The notes under the pieces were generated by a model. The model ran no database searches. It was not told where the DNA came from and saw nothing but the letters and a program-made list of their open reading frames with translations. From positions 49-64,048 of the forward strand of contig JAJRWX010000005.1 of the NCBI GenBank assembly GCA_024276605.1: a stretch of DNA of 64,000 nt. The letters run 5' to 3'. The stretch's first letter is position 1. Each line of letters opens with the position of its first letter. The stretch is from Planctomycetota bacterium (GTDB lineage: Bacteria > Planctomycetota > Phycisphaerae > UBA1845). Made by a program: the position numbers and the translations under genes. This document shows, piece after piece, positions 37,890 through 47,987 of the stretch.

Positions 37890-38357
37890 CTAGTTGCTGG
37901 AACGATAGAGCGTCACATCATCTCCTACACTCACCGTGGCACCATCTAGCACTTCACCAAACACACCGCCCCGCCAGTCTGGCTTGAGTGCCTCTTTCAA
38001 TCCTTCGTGCTGATAGTCCATCAATGCGCAAGGATTCGTCTGCCCCCGAATCATGAGACGAGTTTCACCAATAGTAATTATAGAACCAACCGTATCGCGT
38101 AAATCTATACCCACGACTAAAAAGTTCGCTCTACGCAATAGCCATGAAAGCTCTACTCCCAAATCCCGGCAGGCCGCCAGCCAAGCTTGGTTGTCGAGTA
38201 ACGTCACTTGCCGGATGGAAGCTGGACGTTCTTCTGCGGTTAGCCCTTTCCCGGCAACCACTGCGCACGAGTTGATATCTTGCATAGTCTCACGACGTTT
38301 GCCGCGAAAGGCAATTGCTTTAAGTGAGCCGATATGAGTTTTCACGATTTCGGACAT
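37890..38357 (-). CDS. MOSC domain-containing protein
   Basis: 155-aa ORF. RQVTLL, the conserved Cys context (GQTNPCALMD) and the beta-barrel pattern match small MOSC proteins. Confidence 0.75.
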   Translation of the reverse strand: MSEIVKTHIGSLKAIAFRGKRRETMQDINSCAVVAGKGLTAEERPASIRQVTLLDNQAWLAACRDLGVELSWLLRRANFLVVGIDLRDTVGSIITIGETRLMIRGQTNPCALMDYQHEGLKEALKPDWRGGVFGEVLDGATVSVGDDVTLYRSSN

Positions 38358-38395
38358 GGATCACTCTTTATTGTACCGCTAATACACTAAACTCC

Positions 38396-38788
38396 TTATG
38401 CTTTCGTTTGCGTCGCGATGACAATAACTCCGACCAATACAAGGGCGATGCCGAGCAATTGGCCGTTGCTAAGTCGCTCAGCCAAGGCTGGATGCAGCCG
38501 AGCGATAATAGCAATGAGTGCGAATCCGCCGCCAACCATGATGGGATAAGCTATACTAATTTTGAGGGTATCACTTTGCAGGGCGTACATATAAAAGACG
38601 GCGTTCAATCCGAAACACGCTAAACCAATGATTAACGTCGGCGTAGTCAGCACTATGATCGCGGCACCCAAGGGACCATCCTTGAGTACACCGCCACTCG
38701 CTTGCACGGCTTTCATCCCTAGTTTCATCAGCAAATTTGCAGAAGCATTTAATACCAATGCTATCACCAAGGCGACTATATATTTCAT
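38396..38788 (-). CDS. Small four-TM EamA/SMR-like transporter (ArnE/ArnF-like)
   Basis: I chose the start at MKYIVALV; the ORF is open to 38821. The product is about 130 aa with four TM helices, and the motif NASANLLMKLGM is typical of this superfamily. Confidence 0.6.
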   Translation of the reverse strand: MKYIVALVIALVLNASANLLMKLGMKAVQASGGVLKDGPLGAAIIVLTTPTLIIGLACFGLNAVFYMYALQSDTLKISIAYPIMVGGGFALIAIIARLHPALAERLSNGQLLGIALVLVGVIVIATQTKA

Positions 38789-39004
38789 CCGCTTCTCCTC
38801 TTTGATGTGCATACGGATCACACACTAATGGTGCGACATGCCTCAATTGAGGAATGCCATCTGGTTGAGGGTGTCCAGCCCAGGTAGAGTACGCCCGCGC
38901 CATAGACGATTCCGGACGCACATGGCTGCGCTACGCTTGGCCATGCCACCCATTACCAACCACGTCATTAGTGACGGAACTTGCGTTACACGATACGCTT
39001 TCCA

Positions 39005-39757
39005 TTACTCGGTAGGTGAAACTTTCTCGTCCTTCGTTAAATCAACCATGACCGCGTCTTCGGTCGTTGGTAGATCAAATAAACCTTCTATAGCGTCATG
39101 GTTTACCGATGTAATCGTTATTGTAGATATATTGACAGCCATCGCGTTTATGTCATATGTTGTGATACGAACGGCCACGCCTGTCTGAGCGTCAAAGTGA
39201 ACCACCATACGCGTGATCAAACTATCCGGCGCGGTATACTTTGCTTCAAAAACATACGTTTTACGACCATCGAGGTTTTGCGTTTGAAGGAGTTGTACCG
39301 TACCCAACTTGTGTAGAAACGCGAGCATCGTCGGGGCATCGCGACGGTCAATAGGTGAAGCCTTTTTACGTATGACATATTTTTTATCTACAGAATCCGA
39401 CCTAGATTGTGTAATGTCATCGATGGTCACTGAAATCGCTGCGGATTCCGTGCTCAAAGGCTTACCTCTTATATCGTTAGTCACTTCTGTTTTGACATGC
39501 TTGTAGAACCTTTCTTTTCCGTTGCTGCGATCAATCGCAAAAGTGCCTTCACCCTCGCTGGAGACTCTACCGAATTTATTATGCATCTCGGCTTGAATCT
39601 TTATGGTTGCCGACAAAGATTTCAATTGTTTCCAACTCGCAATCAATTCTTTTTCGATGGACTCCATCTGCGGGGCAGAGGCGTAAGCCTGAGCGCCAAA
39701 AAGAGCCGCAACACCAATCATGACCGTCGCGATACGATTCAGGTTCATCATCATCAA
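39005..39757 (-). CDS. Secreted hypothetical protein (LolA-like impression only)
   Basis: 250-aa ORF with a TTG start and a signal peptide (ATVMIGVAALFGAQAYA). No motif recognised. Confidence 0.5.
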   Translation of the reverse strand: MMMMNLNRIATVMIGVAALFGAQAYASAPQMESIEKELIASWKQLKSLSATIKIQAEMHNKFGRVSSEGEGTFAIDRSNGKERFYKHVKTEVTNDIRGKPLSTESAAISVTIDDITQSRSDSVDKKYVIRKKASPIDRRDAPTMLAFLHKLGTVQLLQTQNLDGRKTYVFEAKYTAPDSLITRMVVHFDAQTGVAVRITTYDINAMAVNISTITITSVNHDAIEGLFDLPTTEDAVMVDLTKDEKVSPTE

Positions 39758-40654
39758 CCTTCAAGATACCCATTTGAACAAAACACTCAGCTCGAAGCAC
39801 GACAACAAAACGCGCCGCACTCGGCTTACCATTACCTATCATTATATAGGCTTTATGATGTTAATGAAGGGATAGAGTCAACTCAATTCTCCGTGCCGTA
39901 CATATCTATACCTATTCCGAAAAGGTTGATTCGACACAGCAACACAGGAAAATCGGGAACATCAACATCGTATACCCAAGCATGTTCGCGCGATAAGTTA
40001 CGTTCTTGTGATAGAAAAGCGTGACCGATGTGATCAATAGACAAGTTGTGGTTATCGGCCATGCAGAGTGCCGCATGTCACATCCCCAAGGCTCCACTTG
40101 ATGCGTGGTGTAGACCTATGAAGGACATTGTTGTGGCACCGGGCGGAACGGTTCGTTGACTAACTCCCGCGGGACAATCGGCGTTGTCTAGTGTGTGTAT
40201 ATTGAGGGTCTACGTGGCCGGGTTGAAGCAACCTTGCTTACAGGCATCATGCGAATAACTCTTGTTGACTTTCAGTTGTCTCCCATAAGTAGAACACGGC
40301 AGACACCGACTGACGAGTATCGTTCACATTGCCGACTGTTCCGAAGCTACAGCAGGCGACACTATTGGTCCACAGCCACTCGTTTTACCGGATGATTGAT
40401 TCGCACGGATACTCCATGATCACCGTTGTCAAACCACGTCAGGTCTATTTCAGGAATTTGCCGCTGCTCTTCAGTTTCCCTATTACTTTGGCCATAATTG
40501 GAACGTTTCGACAAGGGAAGATGTTACAGAAAGCTTGAGACGACTGACTGGCTAGACCAAAAGATAAAGCATCACACAAGCAACGACCGACACGGTTGCC
40601 ATATGACCTTCGTTCACTCTTAAAACCGTGTTCGCAGAACACCCCACTCCGTTC

Positions 40655-40948
40655 CTACAAGTGTATGTCCGGGTCCATGACCTCGTGCAGCACTCGCCGG
40701 ATTCGAAGTTCGTTGTCGGTAAAGGTGTAGAACACAACATGGTGCTCGATCCGCTTGGACCAATAACCCTTGCGCAGCCTATCCCGTTGTTTGCCGGCTT
40801 CCGGCTCACTCGCGAGTTTTTGGATGCTCACCTCTAAGGCGGTAAGCTATCGATCGGCCTGAGCTTCACCCCACTGCTCGAAAGAGTAGACCCAAATGCT
40901 GATGAGATCCATCTCGACCGCGTGGTCTTTGACGATCGTTTTAGCCAT
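40655..40948 (-). pseudogene. parE: ParE-family toxin with an in-frame amber codon
   Basis: The ATG (40946-40948) overlaps the parD stop. The product reads MAKTIVKDHAVEMDLISIWVYSFEQWGEAQADR*LTALEVSIQKLASEPEAGKQRDRLRKGYWSKRIEHHVVFYTFTDNELRIRRVLHEVMDPDIHL. The TAG at 40847-40849 sits where ParE proteins have the Tyr of QADRY. It is not in the ORF track as a single ORF. Confidence 0.75.
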
Positions 40949-41201
40949 GTTCGGCCGTTAATCCAGCTTGATTTCGAGCAGCACGTTTGATTTGGTGGAA
41001 ATCAAGGTGGCCGGCATCGCCGCTTGCTTCCCCGTCGATAAGGGCCTGGCGCAGTGCCTCGACCTTCTGTTCGTGTTCTTCCAGAAGGCGGAGAGACGCA
41101 CGCACTACCTCGCTTGTGTTCCCGAAACGACCGGCTTTGATTTGACTTCCGATAAAATTCTCAAAATGATCGCCCAGAGTAATACTCGTGTTCTTAGCCA
41201 T
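40941..41201 (-). CDS. parD: ParD-family (RHH, COG3609-type) antitoxin
   Basis: 86-aa ORF. MAKNTSITLGDHFENFI...GRFGNTSEVVRASLRLLEE is the characteristic ParD4-like N-terminus. Confidence 0.85.
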   Translation of the reverse strand: MAKNTSITLGDHFENFIGSQIKAGRFGNTSEVVRASLRLLEEHEQKVEALRQALIDGEASGDAGHLDFHQIKRAARNQAGLTAEHG

Positions 41202-41421
41202 AACAACTCCTTCATGCGGTTATACCAAATAGTACCTCATATTGGTATTATTGTCAAGTATGTGTCATTTCTGCAACCCCAGCCCCCTGTTGGCTGACCG
41301 ATAAAGTACACCTTTTCAGCCTCCATACCACAGGACTCATCTAGAGAGGGACTCAATTATCGGATGAACCCACGACACTTGTTCCGGTAATGCTGAATCT
41401 GCAACATAAAAGGGATTTATT

Positions 41422-42062
41422 GTGAATCACAAAGAGAAGAACCGCCTCAATTTCGGTGGTACATTTCTAGCACTGGCTATTTTTCTACTGCTGGGATTGC
41501 CTACGTTTGCAAACCCACCTGCTCAAGAAGAAACTCTATCACTCAAAGAGCTGATTAACTTACCGGAAAAAGACCTGGCCCATGTAGATATTGCGACCAT
41601 GAACCTCGCCGCTGCAGAAGGGTTGCCCGGCTCTCGCAAGATTGATCGCGTGGCCGTTAGCAAGACGATTGACCATTGGGCCAACAAGGTGGCCATCGTG
41701 ACGACGAACAAAGCCCATTTCTTCAAAAGCCATCCAGATTTCTATGGTGGCTCATGGGCCAAATTCTGTTCGATCATGCTCGTATTGACCCTTCAACAAG
41801 ATTTGGCGTTCATTACAACATCGAGCAACGTACCAACCCAAGCCTAGCGAAATCGAAAGATCAATTCATTCACGGCATTATAGATGGCACGGGCGGAACA
41901 TGTGCGTCACTACCAGTTCTTTTCGTGGCCGTGGGGCGGCGTCTTGGGTATCCTGCCGCAAACCATCCAGTTCCAAGCGTTGACGCTTTGAGAGGCGTTG
42001 CATTTTGGGCTGTAATTTACGACGCTCCGCAATCTGCTGGCGGATCATCGTTTCTTTCTTAG
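41422..42062 (+). pseudogene. Transglutaminase-like protein, frameshifted and 3'-truncated
   Basis: Frame 1 (41422-41847) carries a signal peptide and reads up to ..MLVLTLQQD. Frame 2 continues FGVHYNIEQRTNP..FIHGIIDGTGGTCASLPVLFVAVGRRLGYP, the transglutaminase-like Cys motif. The junction is at the T-run 41802-41804. The family similarity stops after GYP. Confidence 0.55.
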
Positions 42063-42306
42063 TCCGGGCTACTTCTTCCTCCTGCTTACATTCCCGCTTG
42101 TTCTGTTCGGCAATCCGGCGGGCCTTACCCGTGAAGCGGTCCAACAACCCCATGACACCTTGACGATAACGGTTCGCCCGGATGATCTTTGATTGCTTAT
42201 GCCACAATACACCAAGGCCAAAGAGTAGCTCTGGTGCTCAAGGGCCGGTCTGCGAGCATGATCGAGTGTATATCAACCCACCGTCCGTAGGTTATGATGG
42301 ACACCT

Positions 42307-43212
42307 ATGGAAACTGAATTCGCCGGGCGAATGTATGCGCTACTTTCCGCTTTAACATGGGCGTGTGCACTCGTGCTATTCAAGCGCAGCGGCGAAAGCA
42401 TATCCCCTTTACCACTGAATCTGTTCAAAAATGTTGTAGGCATGATCCTCCTTGGTCTAACGCTCATATTTTTCATTGATGACCATAGCCACATCACTTC
42501 TTTTCATATTCGAGACATCCTACTTCTTAGCACGAGCGGCATTGTAGGCATTGCTTTAGCGGATACGGCCTTTCTGTTCGCATTGAATAAACTAGGCGTC
42601 AGTCTGATGTCGATTGTGGAGTGCGCGTATAGTCCTGCCGTTATATTTTTTGCCATCTTGATGATATCCGAGGAGTTGCGCTGGCCACAATACTGCGGTG
42701 CAGGTTTAATCGTCTTAGCGGTGCTGATTTCAACGCGACATACACCACCTGCAGGTCAGAGTAGAGCGCAATTGGGCTTAGGGTTTGCCTGGGGCGTTAT
42801 AGCCATGATGCTCATGGCCTTTGGTATTGTATTGGCCAAACCGGTATTAGAGATGCAGCGATTCCCACTCATTTGGGCCACGACTATTCGCCTGGCTGCC
42901 GGTACGGTTATCCTATTGATGTTGGCACTCGCCTCTCCGAAACGACGTGAACTTTTCAACGTATTTCGCCCCTGTGCAACGTGGCGTGTTAGCATACCGG
43001 CCTCCGTACTTGGCACATACTTGGCACTGATATTTTGGATCGCCGGTTTTAAGTATGCTAAAGCCAGTTTGGCTGCCGCCTTGAATCAAACCTCAAGTAT
43101 ATTTGCGATTATTTTGGCCACTATCGTGCTTAAAGAACCTTTCACGCTCCGCAAAGCAATATCTGCGACGTTGGCGATCATTGGCGTGCTGATTGTCACA
43201 TTGACGATGTAA
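42307..43212 (+). CDS. DMT-superfamily transporter (two EamA domains)
   Basis: 301-aa ORF with about 10 TM helices and the duplicated EamA pattern. Confidence 0.85.
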   Translation: METEFAGRMYALLSALTWACALVLFKRSGESISPLPLNLFKNVVGMILLGLTLIFFIDDHSHITSFHIRDILLLSTSGIVGIALADTAFLFALNKLGVSLMSIVECAYSPAVIFFAILMISEELRWPQYCGAGLIVLAVLISTRHTPPAGQSRAQLGLGFAWGVIAMMLMAFGIVLAKPVLEMQRFPLIWATTIRLAAGTVILLMLALASPKRRELFNVFRPCATWRVSIPASVLGTYLALIFWIAGFKYAKASLAAALNQTSSIFAIILATIVLKEPFTLRKAISATLAIIGVLIVTLTM

Positions 43213-43240
43213 TCAACTTGAAGTTGAAGATGAGCCTTGT

Positions 43241-43735
43241 CTATCCGAATAAATCCTGCTGACTGGGATTATCTTGGGCAACGCGCAATTTGACATCGGT
43301 AATTTCTTCGACAAATTGCTCGATGGTATTGAATTTACGATGCACACTCATAAATCTCACGTAGGCGATCTGATTGAGTCGTTGAAGGTGTAAGCCAACA
43401 TAAGCACCGATTTGTTCCGTCGTCACGTCACGATCGTGATTGGCAAATAGTTCCTCTTCGACATGATCAACTAACTGTTGAAGTTGTTCCTCGGTGATGT
43501 TCAGTTTATAACAGGCTCGCTCAATACCGTTATACACATTATCTCTCTGGTAAGGCACGCGCTGAGCATTGGCCTTGCATACGGTTAAACGAAGTTCCTG
43601 CTCGACGCGTTCCTTGGTTGTAAATCTACGCTCACACGCCGCACATACACGACGACGCCGAATCACATTACCGCCTTCGGTCAGCCTGGAATCAATCACT
43701 TTGTTGTTCGTATCTTTGCAGGATGGACACAGCAT
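43241..43735 (-). CDS. nrdR: Transcriptional repressor NrdR
   Basis: MLCPSCKDTNNKVIDSRLTEGGNVIRRRRVCAACERRFTTKERVE is the Zn ribbon. It is followed by an ATP-cone domain. Confidence 0.95.
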   Translation of the reverse strand: MLCPSCKDTNNKVIDSRLTEGGNVIRRRRVCAACERRFTTKERVEQELRLTVCKANAQRVPYQRDNVYNGIERACYKLNITEEQLQQLVDHVEEELFANHDRDVTTEQIGAYVGLHLQRLNQIAYVRFMSVHRKFNTIEQFVEEITDVKLRVAQDNPSQQDLFG

Positions 43736-44307
43736 ATGACTACTATTCCCAGCTAGCGCGCGGTATGACTCCCGTAGGATATTTTCGTACGGGCCAATGA
43801 CGCACGCATGTCGTCATGTTTCTTGAGCATTCTCAATCCACATGAAACGTTAAATCGCCAATCAACTCCGGTAGAATCGTACACCCGGATGCTGCAGCCA
43901 AGCCAAGCTTACTCTAGCGTAACGTCCCCGGTGATCGGGTGTCAAATATAAGTGTCTTTTATAGGTGTTTAGCGGGATAGAACAGAGGAAGGTGCCCCAT
44001 GATGGTAGAATATAGCCTTTTTTGCCCTTTGGCAGACATAGCTATTGCCTCATTGGCCCTGACGTCGTAGCTTCCCTCTCCTTTTATGTGGCGATAGAAG
44101 CCTGGAATACCGTGACTTTTTTTACTACGACATTCTACAGCCGTGAACGTTTGGTGAAAAAATATATTCTCGCGACGGTAGCACATTTAGTGTTGCCGAA
44201 TAACACGGTCCTTGACCGGCTACATATTGAATGAAATCGGTATAGACGCCATGATAGGCGCATGATGAACACTGAACATTAGCTCATGAAAAATTGCGGA
44301 CTAATCC

Positions 44308-45189
44308 ATGGCACGATTGATTAAAAAACAACTCAATGGGATTGAAATTCTAGGATTCTCTCTGGCGGGCGAAGAAACGGTTATTGCTGCGCCGGAACTT
44401 GATGTCGTTTTCGATGCAGGTCGTGCACCACGCGAGATCATTTCGATCAACAACCTTTGTTTGACCCACGGCCATATGGACCACGCCGCGGGGCTGGCCT
44501 ACTACTTGTCGCAACGTGGATTTATCGGCAATGCACCAGGAAGAGTGATTCTTCATCGTAGCTTGGCACAATCCGTGCAGCGCCTGATGGACGTATGGTC
44601 TGAGATCGAAGGCCATCATTCACCCGGGATGATTCTCGGCGTTGAATCATTGGAAGATGTTGAGATTAAGCGCAATCTTACCGTTAGATCCTTTGATGTG
44701 AACCACGCGGCTGGGGCGTTGGGCTTTACGCTCATCGACGTGCGTCACAAACTCAAAGACGAGTTTGTCGGAAAAACAGGCCCTGAGTTAGTCGCGTTGA
44801 AAAAAAAGGGGATCACCATCCAACATCGAGTCGAGATACCTCTCTTGACATGTACCGGTGACACTGCGCTAGGCCGATTCCTCGATCATGATTTTGTGCG
44901 TCGTAGTCCAGCGTTGCTGATCGAATGCACTTTTTTCGATCCTGACCATCGAAGTCGGGCAGTAGCCGGCAGACACATTCATATCGATGATCTGCCCACG
45001 GTGTTAGAGGCGGTACCCGATGCACAGGTTATGCTCACACACTTATCGCGACGAACGGATTTACGAGAAGCGAAACGTATATTGCAACGTATGCTCGGCC
45101 CCAGGGATCTTGAACGTGTTTCGTTTCTAATGGAACGACCGCGGCGTGAAAAAGCTGCACCGGTTATTCATCAGGAAAAGTCGGTGTAG
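44308..45189 (+). CDS. MBL-fold metallo-hydrolase (RNase Z-like)
   Basis: 293-aa ORF with the LTHGHMDHAAG motif and downstream His/Asp ligands. Confidence 0.8.
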   Translation: MARLIKKQLNGIEILGFSLAGEETVIAAPELDVVFDAGRAPREIISINNLCLTHGHMDHAAGLAYYLSQRGFIGNAPGRVILHRSLAQSVQRLMDVWSEIEGHHSPGMILGVESLEDVEIKRNLTVRSFDVNHAAGALGFTLIDVRHKLKDEFVGKTGPELVALKKKGITIQHRVEIPLLTCTGDTALGRFLDHDFVRRSPALLIECTFFDPDHRSRAVAGRHIHIDDLPTVLEAVPDAQVMLTHLSRRTDLREAKRILQRMLGPRDLERVSFLMERPRREKAAPVIHQEKSV

Positions 45190-45865
45190 GTAATAACGTC
45201 GGCATCTGCGACGCCAGGGCGATCCCATTGCGTGGGCTTGAACATGGCGTCATCGAAAACTTGACGAGGTCGGGAAGTGATCTCGCCTTCATTTTTCTCA
45301 TGACACTAGCCCGATGAACTTCAATCGTTTTGGGGCTGAGATGCAGTTCGGCGGCAATGGTTTTATTGGAGGCACCTTGCACGACATACGCCATAACCTC
45401 TTTCTGGCGAGAACTTAGATTGTCAATACGATAAAGTATTTCTTTGCGCCTGTTCATTTCAGCAACCTGCTGAGATGATAGCGCCAGCGCTTCGTCAACC
45501 GTAGACTTCAGCGCATCAGCCGATACGTCATCCATGACAACGTTCAACGCACCCAACCTGATTACACGAACGACAAACGCTATATCCGCCCTGGCGGTAA
45601 TGACTATCGGCTGCAAGCATGACTGAGCATCTCGTAGTCGCCCAAGGATTTGTACGACCTCAACAACGCTGATTGACTCACCGATGATAAGGCAACCTGA
45701 CATGAATTGTCCGTCGTCACAGACAACCGCATGACTAGCCTCTACTTCGACAAATTGTACATGTAATCCGGCAACCCACTGTCGAAATGCTTGATCGACG
45801 GCACGAGTCGTACCGCACAAATAAACTGTTTGGTTCATCGCAAAGCCCATCCTATTTTCATCCAA
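45164..45865 (-). CDS. FixJ/NarL-type regulator with a degenerate (pseudo-)receiver domain and a LuxR HTH
   Basis: The C-terminal LSSRQKEVMAYVVQGASNKTIAAELHLSPKTIEVHRASVMRKM is a LuxR/GerE HTH. The N-terminal domain aligns to FixJ REC but lacks the acidic residues. The start may instead be MNQTV at 45838. Confidence 0.8.
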   Translation of the reverse strand: MDENRMGFAMNQTVYLCGTTRAVDQAFRQWVAGLHVQFVEVEASHAVVCDDGQFMSGCLIIGESISVVEVVQILGRLRDAQSCLQPIVITARADIAFVVRVIRLGALNVVMDDVSADALKSTVDEALALSSQQVAEMNRRKEILYRIDNLSSRQKEVMAYVVQGASNKTIAAELHLSPKTIEVHRASVMRKMKARSLPDLVKFSMTPCSSPRNGIALASQMPTLLPTPTFPDE

Positions 45866-46178
45866 TAGAAACTTCGACCCCCTATGTATGCTCTTTACAT
45901 TTACGTTTGCACCAGTCAGAGATCATTCCATAGTTAATATGATTTACATTACATTATATCACTTTCCGGATGCAAAAGCGAATCGACAGGCACGGTACGT
46001 CGCATAGCGTTCGTGGTATTTAGTAAAGAAATCTATATTGGCGTCACATAAATAGCAATATAGACATGATGATCTATATATAGCTATGTCACCAATATGT
46101 CACAATACACAGTTTAATACTTGTTGTGCGTAGTCATCGGGGCCATGTGGGTCTTAGCGCCACTTAATCAGTGAACCT

Positions 46179-47570
46179 TCATGGCATTGGCAGCACATCT
46201 GCCTGTATGGCCATATTTTCTGTGGAGATGCTTTTTTCAAGGTTCCCAGTAGCCCGGTCCACAACATTTTCATAACGAGCGCGGAATTGATACGGGGTCA
46301 TCTTGGCTTCGTGAGATAAGGCGGCAAGCATCGTAGGGGATTCAAAATCCGCCGGCTCTGGTCTGATCATGTAGGCGCGGGCCACCTTATAAGTATAGCT
46401 TTCCAAATCTACCGTTCGGACCCGCGTCCGATTCGTCTTCGGATCAATCATATCATTGAATGGAACGGGGACTAAGTTGCCACCCTGCAGCGTCACCATC
46501 ACGCCGGGCGGCAGATCGGTCGTCGAATCCAGCAAAAGCCTGACGCCACCGTGTCCTAAGTCTCGCGTATAGGCCATGTCAGACGAAGCGGGCCTGGCAC
46601 ATCGCAGTTCATAACCCAGGTTTTGAAATACAATGGTCACACGATCTTGGCGCTGTTCAAATCGTTTCGTTAATTCATTCTTGAGAAGCTGACCTAACGG
46701 CACTTCGGCGAGCCGAACGTGGCCTGCGGCATCGACTGGAATTTCTCGTCCGAGTAATTTTTCCAGTTCCTTCCGATCACCCAGCTTGTACGCCAGACCT
46801 TCTGCCAGGACGGCTACGCCATCATGACGGCCCATCACCCGACGTTTGAGTATCGCGACTTCCAATATGTCTGCCAATTGTTTGACGCTGGTGGATTCTG
46901 GGAATTCTTCGGGGATAATCGTCAGCGTAGCCCCGGCGGCCTTGCCGATACCAAGTGCCAGATAACCGGCATTACGCCCCATAGTCACCACGATGTACCA
47001 TCTCCGGGTTGTTCTGGAATCCTCCATTAAATTAGCAACGATCTCGGAGCCTAGATGGCGTGCTGTGGCGAAGCCGAAGGTGGGGATGTCGCCCGGTAAC
47101 GGTAAATCGTTGTCGATAGTTTTAGGTACGTGAACGACATGAATGCTGCCGCTAGAAACCTCAGCCACAAAGCGAGCGCTTAGTGCAGTATCATCACCCC
47201 CGATAGTGAGCAAATGTGTGACGCCCAGAGATTGTAATCGTTCGCATACGCGCAGGGTCTTTATCGGGTCCGGCTGCGCTTGAACGGATGTGGAAAGCTT
47301 ATCTGCATCCAACAGACTGGTCCGCGCGGTTCTCAGTATAGACCCGCCGCTGAAATGAATACGAGCCATATCCGCGATAGTTAGTGGTATGACGTGCTCA
47401 TCGGGATCAAAATCCTGGTCTGCCAAGTGAGAAAACCCGTCATAAAAACCCAAGACCTTCAGACCGTTATTGACCGCTTCAATCGCAGCAGCACCAATCA
47501 CACCGTTGATACCCGGTGCAGGACCACCGCCAACAATAATACCCATCGTAGAATTTTGCATTGCCATCAC
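46179..47570 (-). CDS. pfp: Pyrophosphate-dependent 6-phosphofructokinase (PPi-PFK type by motif)
   Basis: It carries GGGPAPGINGVI, TIGGDDT and PKTIDNDL. The Asp in GGDDT and the Lys in KTIDND are the residues associated with PPi rather than ATP use. Confidence 0.85.
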   Translation of the reverse strand: MMAMQNSTMGIIVGGGPAPGINGVIGAAAIEAVNNGLKVLGFYDGFSHLADQDFDPDEHVIPLTIADMARIHFSGGSILRTARTSLLDADKLSTSVQAQPDPIKTLRVCERLQSLGVTHLLTIGGDDTALSARFVAEVSSGSIHVVHVPKTIDNDLPLPGDIPTFGFATARHLGSEIVANLMEDSRTTRRWYIVVTMGRNAGYLALGIGKAAGATLTIIPEEFPESTSVKQLADILEVAILKRRVMGRHDGVAVLAEGLAYKLGDRKELEKLLGREIPVDAAGHVRLAEVPLGQLLKNELTKRFEQRQDRVTIVFQNLGYELRCARPASSDMAYTRDLGHGGVRLLLDSTTDLPPGVMVTLQGGNLVPVPFNDMIDPKTNRTRVRTVDLESYTYKVARAYMIRPEPADFESPTMLAALSHEAKMTPYQFRARYENVVDRATGNLEKSISTENMAIQADVLPMP

Positions 47571-47987
47571 CTTTTTGCCCTACCGAACGCGAGCAGACTA
47601 TATTATCGACCACCAAAAACGTTCACTCTCTTGTAGACTGTCAAAATCGTTATGGCGAACATCGTATTATAGGGATCACACGGTAGAATAGCACAGGAAA
47701 CCCGATGGCAGCAGACTATAGCCTGTCCGTCTTCTATGTTAGTGGCCGGGTGGCCAATGTCCTTCCTTTGGGACATGGGGGAGCCGATGATACACGCCCA
47801 GTTCCATGCCTGCGCACCTATGCAGATGTAACGAACCTAGCGTTCACTATTGCATGATCTACAGATGACAATGTCTTAACTTTCATTCACGATGTGTTTA
47901 TTCCGCGATCATCGACTCCCCCACCTCCAAAGGAGGTAGGCCACCCGACGCCGGACATTGACCGATTCACCTATTATTGAAGGAGGG

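Noticed and set aside
11441-40849. TAG reassignment (pyrrolysine or sense-codon recoding) as an explanation for the two in-frame TAGs
   Set aside because: TAG terminates several well-supported genes at homologue-consistent ends (18131, 19261, 21255, 25550). No pyl genes were seen. The third in-frame stop is TAA, so mutation or sequencing error is the simpler explanation.
43736-44307. 572-bp spacer between nrdR and the MBL hydrolase, scanned for an ncRNA, a riboswitch or NrdR boxes
   Set aside because: Only a weak local hairpin (atgacg...cgtcat) and two short, compositionally odd ORFs are present. I could not recognise any structure or motif by eye.
47571-47987. 417-bp spacer between pfp and the cupredoxin gene, with a cacctcc-aaa-ggaggt hairpin at about 47925
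   Set aside because: The hairpin is short and is not followed by a U-tract on the relevant strand. It could be a weak terminator, but this is not supportable without transcript data.
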